64,000 nucleotides of DNA from Candidatus Peribacteria bacterium (lineage in GTDB: Bacteria; Patescibacteriota; Gracilibacteria; Peribacterales; Peribacteraceae), in assembly GCA_943357915.1 (NCBI GenBank), contig CALRGQ010000001.1, positions 6,816 to 70,815 on the forward strand. The letters are read 5' to 3'. A model generated the notes under the pieces. That model made no database searches and was not told the DNA's origin. It was given only the letters and a program-made list of their open reading frames with translations. Below are positions 17,020-28,200 of this stretch, piece after piece. Each line of letters begins with the position of its first letter. Within the stretch, counting starts at the first letter, position 1. A program made the translations under genes and the position numbers.

Positions 17020-17919
17020 TTACATCAGCAAGTCTCGTTGTAGTTTTTTGTACTTCTGTTCAATCTCTTCATTCTTATGCGCTAGCTCCGTGTCACTTTG
17101 GTGAATCATGCGTCGCAATTCTGATTCGGACTGTGCTTTTTTGCCATAAAAATCATTATCGATCTCGTTTTTACGACGAGTCGCTTCCTGAATAATCCCT
17201 GTTTTACGTTCGTTCCACTCATTCTCCACTTTCTGACGCCTCACTTTATGTTGCACGTTAGTCGCTGCATGGAGTTGCTGCATTGATTCGTTGTCCACTC
17301 GGAGCATCCGGCTTCTTTTCCATTCTTCCAGATGATACTCATGGGTTTTGACGTCGGTATCAATCAACGTTTTACGATCCTTTGCTTCGTGCTCATACGC
17401 TGTTTTTCTGGCGGAATCAGCATGCTCAGCGGTTTGCATCTGCATCCGATGGTCATATTCAGCTTTCTTGTACTCACGCTCTTGCTCGGCCTCCAGTTCA
17501 CGCTGGCGCTTTTCTCGATGCTGTTTTATGAGCGATGTTTCATGTAATTCTTTCATGTAGCCTTGCTGTACTTTCCGTTTGGCCTCATGAACTTTCTGCG
17601 CCGACATGATGAGCTGGGCTTGTTTTTCACGCCTCTTCTTATCATCTGCCAATTCTTGTTCCCGCTTCTTGATCATCCCTCGGTATTCTTTTTTGTGTTC
17701 TATTACTTCTTCTTTCTTCATGCCTTCCGTCGCAGCAGAAAGATGTGCACGTTTTTCTTCAGCCTCACGGTTTTTGCGAATCGTATCTTTGATGTCCTGT
17801 TCGCATTCGGAGCGCTGTCTGCCAAGTTCCGCAGCTCGCATAATTTCCTGCTCCCTGTTTCCGGGATTAGTAGGCAGAGGAACAGAGCCGGATACAGTAG
17901 TATCATCCTGTGGATTCAT
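17020..17919 (-). CDS. Hypothetical highly charged (Lys/Glu/Arg/Gln-rich) coiled-coil-type protein
   Basis: 299-aa ORF with strong coding asymmetry. It has long heptad-like charged stretches (KKREQELADDKKRREKQAQ, REKRQRELEAEQEREYKK). No signal peptide and no recognisable domain. Confidence 0.7.
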   Translation of the reverse strand: MNPQDDTTVSGSVPLPTNPGNREQEIMRAAELGRQRSECEQDIKDTIRKNREAEEKRAHLSAATEGMKKEEVIEHKKEYRGMIKKREQELADDKKRREKQAQLIMSAQKVHEAKRKVQQGYMKELHETSLIKQHREKRQRELEAEQEREYKKAEYDHRMQMQTAEHADSARKTAYEHEAKDRKTLIDTDVKTHEYHLEEWKRSRMLRVDNESMQQLHAATNVQHKVRRQKVENEWNERKTGIIQEATRRKNEIDNDFYGKKAQSESELRRMIHQSDTELAHKNEEIEQKYKKLQRDLLM

Positions 17920-17972
17920 ATCGCATCATTATAGCACGAAAATGGTTTGTGGCCTACCTATCGCCCTTCTTT

Positions 17973-18659
17973 TCAGATTTCTTCTTCGGGTTCGCAGAGA
18001 TAGTGCCTATTCTTTTTCTGCGAAAGCGGATCTTCTTCATCAAGAACCTTGAGAGTGTACGGGGAATCGAAATATTTCTGTGGTTCAATGCATGGATATC
18101 GTACCGCCATGGTCACGACCGATACGTTCCCTTGATACTTGCCCGCTGCCACTTCGTCATTGAGCGGCAAGTGAAGAGCGAAGACCCGTTGAACATATCC
18201 TCTGAGCGCTCCTTGGATGAGCGGCACAGTGTTGGTTCTGAGTAGAGATATGACATCCATCACCTCTGCCTGATGAGTGAATGCTACGACCGAGCGCTGG
18301 AGTGGATGGCGTGGTGATGATCGTGTCACAAACTTATACCTGCTTGGTGTTGGATCTACTGTAGCCAAAATATCATTTGCTTCCATGAGTCTCTTGCGCT
18401 TTTTATTCATAATTTCCAGACCATGGTCGTCTTCATGAAGTTGGTACTCCGTCACTGCAAATTTCACTCCGACTGCATCTGCAGCCTCTTCAAACATTGC
18501 ACGTAGATCATCGATCCGATTACTGAGATTTTGGTCATACTGTGTATCGCTTAAATAGGTAGCGCCACTCTGTTCGGTCAGAAGTCGATTATACGCTCGG
18601 GTGTAGGAAGCGTTGGGCGAACGAATAATACCGATATTAACATTCTTAGATTCTTGCAT
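17973..18659 (-). CDS. Hypothetical protein (228 aa)
   Basis: Clean ORF co-oriented between aspS and the coiled-coil gene. I recognise no motif. Confidence 0.7.
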   Translation of the reverse strand: MQESKNVNIGIIRSPNASYTRAYNRLLTEQSGATYLSDTQYDQNLSNRIDDLRAMFEEAADAVGVKFAVTEYQLHEDDHGLEIMNKKRKRLMEANDILATVDPTPSRYKFVTRSSPRHPLQRSVVAFTHQAEVMDVISLLRTNTVPLIQGALRGYVQRVFALHLPLNDEVAAGKYQGNVSVVTMAVRYPCIEPQKYFDSPYTLKVLDEEDPLSQKKNRHYLCEPEEEI

Positions 18660-18738
18660 GCCCCATTTGTACCGACTGCTGAAAAAACGTCAAATGTATG
18701 TCCTATAAAAGATAGCCGAGCTCAAGCTAGAGCCGTTT

Positions 18739-20505
18739 TTAGATCTTCTCCTCCACTTGAATTTCTAGCTCCTTCAGCTGCTCAGCTGGAACCGGCGCCG
18801 GAGCACCGAGCATCAGGTCTTTGGCTTTCTGGTCTTTGGGGAATGGTGTGACTTCACGAATATTCGGCTCACCGGCCAAAATCATCACCACCCGGTCAAT
18901 GCCGTAGGCAAACCCACCATGAGGAGGAGCGCCGTATGAGAATGCTTCCAGAATGTGGCCGAAACGTTTCTTTTGATCTTCAGGAGAAATATCGAGCATT
19001 TCGAACACTTCTGATTGGAGTATCGGATCATGAATACGAATCGAGCCCGAGCCCAGCTCATAGCCATCAAGAACTAAGTCATAGCAGATGGAATGCACAG
19101 ACAACGGTGCTTCTTTGCGTCGCTTCCATTCGTCGATATTCGGGCTCGTAAACGGGTGATGACTGAAGGTGAGTGAGCCGTCGTCATTCTCTTCAAACAT
19201 CGGAAACTCAGTGACCCAGAAGAGTGCGTGAGTTGATTCATCGATAAGACTGAAACGCTTCGCAGCTTCCAGACGAATGCGCCCGAGTGACGCACAGACG
19301 ATTTTCACTGTATCAGCACCAAAGAACAGTGCATCACCAGTTTTGGCACCGGTGGCTTTCTGTAATTGCTCCAGATAACCGTCTTTGAAAAACTTCAGGA
19401 GCGGCGACTGCGGACCGTCTTCTTTGAAGAGAATGTATGCGAGTCCTTTGGCCCTCAGCTCGCGTGCAAGTGCTGTCCAGGTATCGATCTCACTGCGTGA
19501 GAGTTCTGCGCCACCCGGCACCCTGAGAGCACGAACAACGCCGGATTTCAGCATAAGAGCTTCTTCAAATACTTTAAATCCACAGCCTTTGCTGATGTCC
19601 GACACGTCGACGATCGGAAGGTCAAACCGCAGATCCGGCTTATCGGATCCATACGTATCCATCACATGTTGCCACGTAAACGTTTCTACTTTGCCCCACT
19701 TTAGTTTTTTGGAGCTGCATTCTTTGAGAATCTTTTCAATCGACCCCTGAATGATGCGCTGAACGTCGGCTTGCTCACAGAAGCTCATCTCAAAGTCGAG
19801 CTGCAAGAATTCCGGCTGACGGTCGCCACGCAAATCTTCATCACGGAAGCAACGTGCAATCTGGAAGTAACGGTCGAGGCCCCCGACCATACACAGCTGC
19901 TTGAGCTGCTGCGGACTTTGTGGAAGCACGAAGAAGTTTCCGGGATACACACGAGAGGGGACGATATATTCACGAGCGCCTTCCGGTGTGCCTTTGATGA
20001 GGCACGGTGTATCAATCTCCAAGCAATCCTGCTCCGTGAAATACTGACGGATGATCTGGAAGACTTTTGAACGAAGCGCAATGTTCTTCTGCATTTTTGC
20101 AGTCCGAAGATCCAGATAGCGGTACTGTAAACGCAGCTCTTCATTTACCGGAGTCGTACTATCAATCTCAAAAGGCGGTGTTTTGGCACGGCTGAGGATT
20201 TCTAGTTTCTCAACGTTGATCTCGATCTCACCCGTTGGCATTTTCGGATTCTCAGATCCCTTCAGACGTTTTGAAACTGTACCCGTTACCTGAATAACCC
20301 ACTCAGGACGGATAGTCTCAGCGAGTGCAAAAACTTTTTTCTCGGTTTCAGGATGCACAACAACCTGCGTAAGACCGTAGCGATCTCGGACATCAAGAAA
20401 AATTAAGCCACCGTGGTCACGACGCGTGTTGACCCAACCGCACAGCGTTACAGAGGAGCCAGCGTTCTTAGCCGTGAGTTCGCCGCAGGTGTGAGTACGT
20501 AACAT
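18739..20505 (-). CDS. aspS: Aspartyl-tRNA synthetase
   Basis: MLRTHTCGELT...VTLCGWVNTRRDHGGLIFLDVRDRYGLTQVV, class II motifs FRDEDLRGDRQPEF and GGFAYGIDRVVM. 588 aa, bacterial type with the insertion domain. Confidence 0.95.
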   Translation of the reverse strand: MLRTHTCGELTAKNAGSSVTLCGWVNTRRDHGGLIFLDVRDRYGLTQVVVHPETEKKVFALAETIRPEWVIQVTGTVSKRLKGSENPKMPTGEIEINVEKLEILSRAKTPPFEIDSTTPVNEELRLQYRYLDLRTAKMQKNIALRSKVFQIIRQYFTEQDCLEIDTPCLIKGTPEGAREYIVPSRVYPGNFFVLPQSPQQLKQLCMVGGLDRYFQIARCFRDEDLRGDRQPEFLQLDFEMSFCEQADVQRIIQGSIEKILKECSSKKLKWGKVETFTWQHVMDTYGSDKPDLRFDLPIVDVSDISKGCGFKVFEEALMLKSGVVRALRVPGGAELSRSEIDTWTALARELRAKGLAYILFKEDGPQSPLLKFFKDGYLEQLQKATGAKTGDALFFGADTVKIVCASLGRIRLEAAKRFSLIDESTHALFWVTEFPMFEENDDGSLTFSHHPFTSPNIDEWKRRKEAPLSVHSICYDLVLDGYELGSGSIRIHDPILQSEVFEMLDISPEDQKKRFGHILEAFSYGAPPHGGFAYGIDRVVMILAGEPNIREVTPFPKDQKAKDLMLGAPAPVPAEQLKELEIQVEEKI

Positions 20506-20538
20506 GTGGGGAGAGTATAAGTGATGAGTGGCTAATGG

Positions 20539-20985
20539 CTATGTAAAAAATTTTCCCAGTTCTTTTTTAAACTCCTCCACGTCTTTAAATTCCCGATGCA
20601 CGGAGGCAAACCGGATGTAGGCAACTTTATCGAGCTTCGAGAGCGCCAACATGACATCTTTACCGATGGTCGCACTTTCGACTTCTTCTTTGTTCTTGCC
20701 CCATTTTTCTTCTAAGTCCGAGAGCATTTTATCAATGCTCTTCTGGGTGACCGGACGCTTGGTGCACGCGATCCATATGCCACGCTCGAGCTTGGTGCGG
20801 CTGTACGGCTCACGGGTTCCATCACGTTTGATGACGATGAGTGATGCGAGTTCCTGCCGCTCGAATGTTGTGAAACGATGTTCACACTTGCCGCACTCAC
20901 GCCGTCTGCGGATGGCACGCCCGTCTTCTGTGAGGCGGGAGTCAATAACGGCCGTATCTTCGTGCTTGCAACGGAGGCAGTGCAT
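20539..20985 (-). CDS. nrdR: Transcriptional repressor NrdR
   Basis: MHCLRCKHEDTAVIDSRLTEDGRAIRRRRECGKCEHRFTTFE is the zinc ribbon; an ATP-cone follows (KRDGTREPYSRTKLERGI...AYIRFASV). Confidence 0.93.
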   Translation of the reverse strand: MHCLRCKHEDTAVIDSRLTEDGRAIRRRRECGKCEHRFTTFERQELASLIVIKRDGTREPYSRTKLERGIWIACTKRPVTQKSIDKMLSDLEEKWGKNKEEVESATIGKDVMLALSKLDKVAYIRFASVHREFKDVEEFKKELGKFFT

Positions 20986-20994
20986 GGGGGTAGC

Positions 20995-21645
20995 CTAGCG
21001 CATATTTGGGGGATCGACGATGACATCCCCCTGCCTAAGAACACGAATGCTGTCACTGATGACCTCAATAACAGTAGAGGGAGGAGCGATGGGGAGAAGG
21101 CCGGAGTCGATCACAAGATCGGGCAGCTGTGAAGATTGCGCCCATTGAGCCTCTATCTCGCTTACAGCGTACGGATTTGGTTTGCCATGCAGGTTCGCTG
21201 ACGTTGTAGCGATGGGTTTGCCGAAGGCGAGGGCGAGAGCTTGAGCGAAGGGATGAGAAGAGAGGCGAACGCCGATTGATGAAATGAGAAATGAAGAGTG
21301 AAGAGTGAAGAGTGGCTGAGGGCATACAGAGATCGGAAACGGGGGATTTTTTTCAGGAGGGAGGACTAATGTCAGTGGGCCGGGCAAGTATTTTTCTGCG
21401 AGTGAAAGTGCTTTGTCTGAAAATATGACGTATTTTTGCGCTTCTTCGAGAGAAGAAAAAAGTGCGCTAACGGGCTGATCCAGCGGACGCTGCTTCACGG
21501 CAAACAGTCGCTCCAGAGCCTTGGGGTTGGTCAGATCACACGTGATGCCGTAACAGGTTTCCGTCGCGTGAATAACAACGCCTCCTGCCTCGAGAACTGT
21601 CACTGCTTCAGCCAGTGCCTCCGGAGATTCGTGAATAATCTTCAT
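20995..21645 (-). CDS. tsaC: L-threonylcarbamoyladenylate synthase (TsaC/YrdC domain)
   Basis: GGVVIHATETCYGITCD, FAVKQRPLDQPVSALF, LPGPLTLVLP, GKPIATTSANLHG, PSTVIEV. The start overlaps the dnaE stop (ATGA). Confidence 0.85.
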   Translation of the reverse strand: MKIIHESPEALAEAVTVLEAGGVVIHATETCYGITCDLTNPKALERLFAVKQRPLDQPVSALFSSLEEAQKYVIFSDKALSLAEKYLPGPLTLVLPPEKNPPFPISVCPQPLFTLHSSFLISSIGVRLSSHPFAQALALAFGKPIATTSANLHGKPNPYAVSEIEAQWAQSSQLPDLVIDSGLLPIAPPSTVIEVISDSIRVLRQGDVIVDPPNMR

Positions 21646-24600
21646 GCTGTAATAGTGTACTTTTTGACAGCTTCTTCTATCCGCTTCTCAAAAATCGGAG
21701 ACATAGTAACGGTGAGACCCACGGGGACAATTTCGGTACCAATTTTGAGCTGAATTTTTTCAGGTCCCGGAAACGTCTCAAAGACCGACTTCACTTCCAG
21801 TAGCAATTCTCTCGGTGCGCGGGCGGGGAGAGTGATAGTGTGGATGGAGATCTCCGTATTCACGGGATCTACGGAAGGCGCTACAGAATCTACGGGCACA
21901 GTAACGGCTGCTAACACTTCGCCTTCTTCACTGACAACCTCTACGGTCTCTTCGGTCTGACGACTCGCCGCACGCCAATTCATTGCTTCATCATCATTGA
22001 ACATGCCAGATGCTTTGGCATTCTTCACCATCGTTTCCAGTGACGCACACTTCATTGCTTCCATCTTGAGCTGCGGAGCGCCCATGCGCATATCGAGCGT
22101 GCCGGCCATCACCATGATCGAATCTGACTTTTCCAGCATATCTTTGTACTGCATATAGGTCCGCGGGAAGAGCATCACTTCGATCTTGCCCGTTGGATCT
22201 TCCAGAGTAATGATCGCCATGCTTTCACCTTTTTTCGTGTGCAGAACTTTCGTAGCCTCTACGATGCCCGCAACCGTCACTTTGCGCCCGACGTCATCAC
22301 CGGAAAGACTCTCGATGAGCCGTGCTTTCTTGCCAATATATTTTTTTAAGCCTGCAAGCGGGTGACTGCTGACATACAGACCGAGCGTTTCTTTTTCCCA
22401 CTGCAATTTTTTGTAACCGCTTGCCGGTTCCTGAGGATCAAATTCGATCGTCGCACCGGATGAACCGCGACCAAGTGACTCAAACATATCCGTCTGCGAC
22501 GCACCAACATCACCGGCTGATTTACTGAATTCGGCAATCTTGTCATATTGAGCCACCAGCACGCCACGCTCACCAAAGCAGTCCAGTGCTCCGGATTTTG
22601 CGAGCGACTCTAACAGTTTTTTATTGAGCAATTTGCTCGGAACTCTTCCGGCAAAATCTTCAACAGAGGCGAATTTTCCTTCTTTCTCACGCAGCTCAAT
22701 GATCTGACGAATAGAACTTTCACCAACTCCTTTCACGCCCAGTAAACCGAAACGAATATTGCCTTCCGGTAGTGCCGTGAAATGCGCGAGAGATTCATTG
22801 ACGTCTGGAGGAAGCACTTTAAGGCCCATGGCCCGAGCTTCTTCGATCTCAATGCTAATACGATCCGTGTCGCCAGCTTCACTGGAGAGAAGTGCAGCCA
22901 TGAATTCTGTCGGGTAATGCGCTTTCAGATATGCAGTCTCGTACGCAATGCGCGCGTAACAAGCACCGTGAGACTTATTGAAGCCATAGTTGGCAAACGG
23001 CGTGATGACGTCATCAAAAATGTTCACGGCAAGCTTCTCGGTGTAGCCACGAGACACAGTACCTTTGATAAACTTGTCACGCTGGGCATCCAGCTCTTTC
23101 TTGATCTTCTTACCGATAGCGCGCCGTAGCAAATCAGCTTCGCCAAGTGAAAACCCGGCAAAGACTTTGGCCATTTCGAGAATTTGTTCCTGATAAATAC
23201 CAACCCCGTGCGTCGGCTGCAAAATAGGCTCCATATCTTTATGGACATATGTCACGTCTTTTTCGCCGTGCTTGCATTTGATGTAATCCGGAATCTTTTC
23301 CATCGGACCCGGGCGGTACAAAGACACCATGGCCGTGATGTCATTTAAATGCGTTGGCTTGAGCTGCTTTAAATACCTGCGCATACCGGCGGACTCAAGC
23401 TGAAAGACGCCCGTGGTCTCACCACGTGACAGCAGTTCAAACGTTGGCTTGTCATCAGTTGGAATCGACTGGATATCGATTTTAACGCTATGAATACGCT
23501 CGATGATGAGAAGTGCCGTCTGGATAATCGTCAGGTTCTTAAGACCGAGAAAGTCCATCTTGAGGAGTCCTAACGCTTCCAATGGCTTGGCGTGAAACTG
23601 GGTGATGATCGTCTCTTCATCTTTGGGCGCACGTTGCAGTGCCGTGTAGTTCACCGCCGGCTCGGGCGTGATGACCACTCCACACGCATGCACCGAAACG
23701 TGGCGCGCTTTGCCTTCCAGCTTCAGTGCAATCTCGATGATTTTTTTGTACGTGTCATTCGATTCGATGGCGCCTGTAAGCTCATCAGTTGCGAGTGCTT
23801 CTGCGAGTGTGGTTCCTGGGCGATCTGAAATCACTTTCGCGAGTGCGTTCATTTCAGCAAAGGACACACCAAACGCGCGGCCAACGTCTTTCACAGCAGC
23901 TCTGGCGGCCAGTGTTCCAAATGTACAGATCTGGATGACACGATCAGCACCATATTTTTCGCGCACATACGCCAGCACTTCATCACGTCTGGTATCCGCA
24001 AAGTCGATATCAATATCCGGCATCGAGATGCGTTCCGGATTTAAGAACCGCTCGAAGAGTAATCCTTGTTCTAGGGGATCGAGTGTTGTGATATCCAGCA
24101 CATAACTGACAATAGAACCGGCAGCTGAACCGCGGCCGGGACCAACCGTAATGCCGCGGCGCTTCGCCTCTTGCACGAAGTCAGCGACGATCAAAAAGTA
24201 GCCTGAAAAGCCCATATTCTTGATGACATCCAGCTCAAATGCCATGCGATCTCGTACGATTTTCTCGTGCCCAGGATCTGCGTCTATTTGCTTCTTATAA
24301 CGCTTCAGGAGGCCTACCTCACACTGTGCTTTCAGGAGTGACTCTTCGGTATCTGCGCCCTGCACCGGAAATTTTGGAATCCGGTATTGGCCAAACTGAA
24401 TTTTCACATTACACCTATCAGCAATAATAGACGCGTTGTCGAATGCTTCAGGCGCATGCGCAAAAGCAGCGCGCATCTCGTCGTCTGGTCGCATCGAGAA
24501 GTCAGAGTCACGCATGCTAAATCTGCCGGCGTCACCAACGTTGGCATTTTTCTGAATGCACAGAAGCACATCATGCGCCTCGGCATCCTCTGTGCGACAG

Positions 24601-25235
24601 TAATGACTGTTACAGGTTGCAACGACGGGAACTCCGAGTTCTTTGCCGAACTGAATCAGTTGCTGATTGACTTCGCGCTGCCCAGGAACACTTGGGAGAT
24701 CCATCAATTCAAAATACAAATTCTCAGACCCAAAAAACGACCGATATTGCTCGGTCAGTAATTTCACGCGTTCAAAATCCTCCGCCAGCGCAGCCTGCGG
24801 AATAGCGCCACTGATCGGACCCGTAAGTGCGATCAAACCTTTTCCGTATTGCTTCAGCAATTCTGCATCTACACGCGGTTTGTAGTACATGCCTTCCAGC
24901 GCAGCACGCGTGGCAAGTGCTAGAAGATTGCGGTATCCCTCCTCATTTTCGGCAAGCAGTACCAATGGGTACCTGCGTGTATCGGCAGATGCCTCTTTAT
25001 CATGCCGTGTCCGAGCCGCAACGTATGTCTCAAGCCCGAGAATCGGTTTGATGCCCGCATCTTTAGCGGCTTTATAAAATTCGATAAGCCCGTATGTGTA
25101 GCCTTTATCAGCCAGACCAACAGACGTGTGGCCGAGTTCTTTCGCACGTTCGACAATCTCCTCAGGGCTCGGAAGGCCTTCTAGAAGCGAAAAGGTACTA
25201 TGACAATGCAGATGGACGAAACGCTCGGCGCTCAT
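21642..25235 (-). CDS. dnaE: DNA polymerase III alpha subunit
   Basis: PHP domain FVHLHCHSTFSLLEG, GRGSAAGSIVSYVLDITTLDP, MPDIDIDF, FGFNKSHGACYA, and a C-terminal OB region. 1197 aa. Confidence 0.95.
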   Translation of the reverse strand: MSAERFVHLHCHSTFSLLEGLPSPEEIVERAKELGHTSVGLADKGYTYGLIEFYKAAKDAGIKPILGLETYVAARTRHDKEASADTRRYPLVLLAENEEGYRNLLALATRAALEGMYYKPRVDAELLKQYGKGLIALTGPISGAIPQAALAEDFERVKLLTEQYRSFFGSENLYFELMDLPSVPGQREVNQQLIQFGKELGVPVVATCNSHYCRTEDAEAHDVLLCIQKNANVGDAGRFSMRDSDFSMRPDDEMRAAFAHAPEAFDNASIIADRCNVKIQFGQYRIPKFPVQGADTEESLLKAQCEVGLLKRYKKQIDADPGHEKIVRDRMAFELDVIKNMGFSGYFLIVADFVQEAKRRGITVGPGRGSAAGSIVSYVLDITTLDPLEQGLLFERFLNPERISMPDIDIDFADTRRDEVLAYVREKYGADRVIQICTFGTLAARAAVKDVGRAFGVSFAEMNALAKVISDRPGTTLAEALATDELTGAIESNDTYKKIIEIALKLEGKARHVSVHACGVVITPEPAVNYTALQRAPKDEETIITQFHAKPLEALGLLKMDFLGLKNLTIIQTALLIIERIHSVKIDIQSIPTDDKPTFELLSRGETTGVFQLESAGMRRYLKQLKPTHLNDITAMVSLYRPGPMEKIPDYIKCKHGEKDVTYVHKDMEPILQPTHGVGIYQEQILEMAKVFAGFSLGEADLLRRAIGKKIKKELDAQRDKFIKGTVSRGYTEKLAVNIFDDVITPFANYGFNKSHGACYARIAYETAYLKAHYPTEFMAALLSSEAGDTDRISIEIEEARAMGLKVLPPDVNESLAHFTALPEGNIRFGLLGVKGVGESSIRQIIELREKEGKFASVEDFAGRVPSKLLNKKLLESLAKSGALDCFGERGVLVAQYDKIAEFSKSAGDVGASQTDMFESLGRGSSGATIEFDPQEPASGYKKLQWEKETLGLYVSSHPLAGLKKYIGKKARLIESLSGDDVGRKVTVAGIVEATKVLHTKKGESMAIITLEDPTGKIEVMLFPRTYMQYKDMLEKSDSIMVMAGTLDMRMGAPQLKMEAMKCASLETMVKNAKASGMFNDDEAMNWRAASRQTEETVEVVSEEGEVLAAVTVPVDSVAPSVDPVNTEISIHTITLPARAPRELLLEVKSVFETFPGPEKIQLKIGTEIVPVGLTVTMSPIFEKRIEEAVKKYTITA

Positions 25236-25274
25236 GTCCTCACGGTAACATTTTTACGTATGATACAACAACGA

Positions 25275-28200
25275 TTACCGAGCTTTAAAAGCATGCGGTA
25301 GACGGTTTATCATCGATCGCTTGCGTAAGAAACTAGGCGTACTGATAGTACGGACTCGCAGAATTCGGCGGATTTGTGATACTGACTTTTTGCCTACTGT
25401 AGTCTTTACAGAGGTAGCTTTTGCAGGAGTGGCTCTCCATGAAGCACCTATCGCGGCACGTGCTTTCGCACCCTCCGTACTGCGAGCACCCGGACCAATT
25501 CCACCTCTTCCACCGCCACGCACCAAGCTTGGAGATGTACTGGTCGTACTTGTTGTTGTTGCCGTACTTCCGCCACTACTACCTCTGCAACTCCCTATTG
25601 TTCCGCCGCTATTCGTCAAACTACCGTACTCAATGTCATAGCAATTGTCTGATGGATCGAGATCAACATGATTCAACGTAAGCGTATCTGCTACAACCAA
25701 TGATGCACCGAGTGTGTAGTCGACAGTCGGAAACTGGGTTCCATCTGCAAGTGCAGCGACTTCGGCCGATGATAGCACGCGGTTATAAATTCGCGCTTCA
25801 TCGATCAGTCCAGTAAAGAAAATAGCGGGGTTACTGCTGGCGTTGATGTACGCTCCGATCATCACTTGTTGAATGCTGTTATACGTGTAGTTCGGGAGAT
25901 TGCTGCTTGTCAGCGTACCATCCGTAAGATCGCCATCAACATAAATAAACATTTGCCGATTTTGTGCATCATACATTGCGGCCACGTGATGCCATTCATC
26001 GTCATCCATACGCGTCAAGGATCGTTGTTCAACAGCTGTTCCAGAGCCTGGTGGAAAAACCCACAACTCAGGCTCATCATTGGTGTACAGAGCCCACTGT
26101 TTTTTGCGCGCGGTACTAGTATTTTCAACCGACTTTGTCATAAGCATGCCACTGGCACCGACAGATTTTATCCAGATGGACAGCGAGAAGGTTGATTCAA
26201 GTCCTTCGATGTCTCCCATATCTATGTAATCATTTCCTGAAAGGCTGAGACTGCCTCCATTGGAAAACTGATGATTCGAAGAATATTCGCTGGAATACAG
26301 CGGATCACCGACGTACGTTCCATGATGTCCAAACCCGGACGAATCGGCAGCTGTTGTGCCGCTTGTTTCATCAAATTTCCAATACGCCATAAGGCCTTCA
26401 CTCAATGTGACATCATGAAATGATGACGGCGGAGTCAGGATACGTCCCGAAGCAGACAATATTACTTCTCCGGAATTATGATTGAAGGTGCCAGCCGTGC
26501 GCGTAAACGTGCCGATAATAGTGAGTGTTCCAGATGGAGCCGTAAACGTTCCCCCGCTTACGCTGACATCGCCGGTAATATGCACATCACTGCCCTGCCC
26601 GTTAAAAGTTCCGGCACTCTGGCTATAGCTGCCGCGTATATACATATTTCCTGTCGATGGAGCTGTCATCGTAACATTCGGTCCTGTAATAGAAAGCCCA
26701 GGTAGCTCATCGTTGGCAGCCAGAGTGAGTGTCCGGACAGTATTGCCAGAGAGACGAAGTGTTCCATTCCCTCCGTCAAAAGGAGACTCATACACAACAT
26801 CGCCCGTTGCTTCTAGAATGCCTCCTCTCACATAACCATCGCTCAGCGTGAGCGTACCCGCGGCGGTAATGATGGTTCCTCCTGTCTGGACAGTATGAGA
26901 CGCATAGGAACCGGTCAGCGTCACATTATATAATGTATGGGTGCCGGAGAGCTGCTGCGTGCCGGCAAAAACTACTGTCGAAAGATTTGTCGTCGCATCA
27001 AGTGTGCCTAACGCATACGTCCAGTTTTTCGTGGTACGAATTGTTCCAGACAATGTGAGTGTCCCGGAAGGTTTATCGATAGTCAGAGCAATAAGGTCGC
27101 CTATACGGTTAGTGGAGTTTGAAGACAAAAGCTGATCTGCCGTACCATTAATATACAATTGTGCTGTTCCGGTATGAGTCAATGTGTCCGCTATCGTGAC
27201 ATCGCGCTTTGCATACATGGTGCCAGTGTTCATGGTAATAACACCGGCATTGGCTCCTTGATCAAGCGTCAAGCCTCCATTGACGGTGAGCGTTGTTGCG
27301 GAAGTAATCGTGACCGTCATCGCCGTCTTATATCCGTCAAATCGTACGTTATTGAGTGTGTGTGATCCTGCAATGGTGAGGGTTGCTCCAAACACAACGG
27401 TGCTCGTACCAGGGTCTATTGTTCCTCCGCTGTAGCTCCACGTTTTGGCTGTTCTGATGGTGCCAGAGAGAGTGAGCGTGCCTGAGGCTTTGTTGATGTT
27501 GAGGGGGATGAGTCCGCCCGTGGAATTCGTTGCATTCCCCGAGAGGAGCTGATCGCTTGTCCCATCGATAATGAGGTTTGTCGTTCCGGTGTGGTTCATC
27601 GTACTGTCGGGCAGGCTGATGTTACCTCTCGAACGAATGAATCCGCCGTTGATCGTGATAATGGCTGTACTGGAATTATCAATTGTGAGTGTGCCGTTCA
27701 CGATGAGCGTGGTATCGGATTTCACGGTGTATGTTCTGGCCGTCGCTGAGTTTTGATCAAAGATGACATTGGAAAGAGAGTGTGAGCCATTGATGCTGAG
27801 AGCAGCATCTCCGAAGACAACGGTGCTATTTGTAAACGCAAGTGTGCCTCCGCTGTAGTTCCAGTTATTGGCTGTACGAATCGTCCCAGAGAGTGTGAGT
27901 GTTCCCGTTGATTTATTCATGCGAAACAGAGGTAGCAGCCCTGCTGTTCTCGTCGCATTTCCTGTGAATGTTTGGTCACCAGTTCCTGTAGCTTCTATCC
28001 TTGCTGTCCCCCCATCAAACGTCGACGCTTGGACAATCGCACCTTGCGCTTGAATCGTACCAGCTGCGGGGATTGTCGTCTGAGACACGAGACCATCCGT
28101 CAGGGTGAGAGTATTTGTGACGATCAGCGTGTCACTGTTCGAGATGGTCTTTGTCGTCGCAGTCGTTCCATCGATCATAAGATTGTAGAGCGATAGTGTG

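Noticed and set aside
16572-18700. Prophage or integrative element at tRNA-Leu.
   Set aside because: There is no integrase, excisionase, capsid, terminase or other mobile-element gene on either side of the tRNA. Only the short duplicated tRNA 3' fragment is reported.
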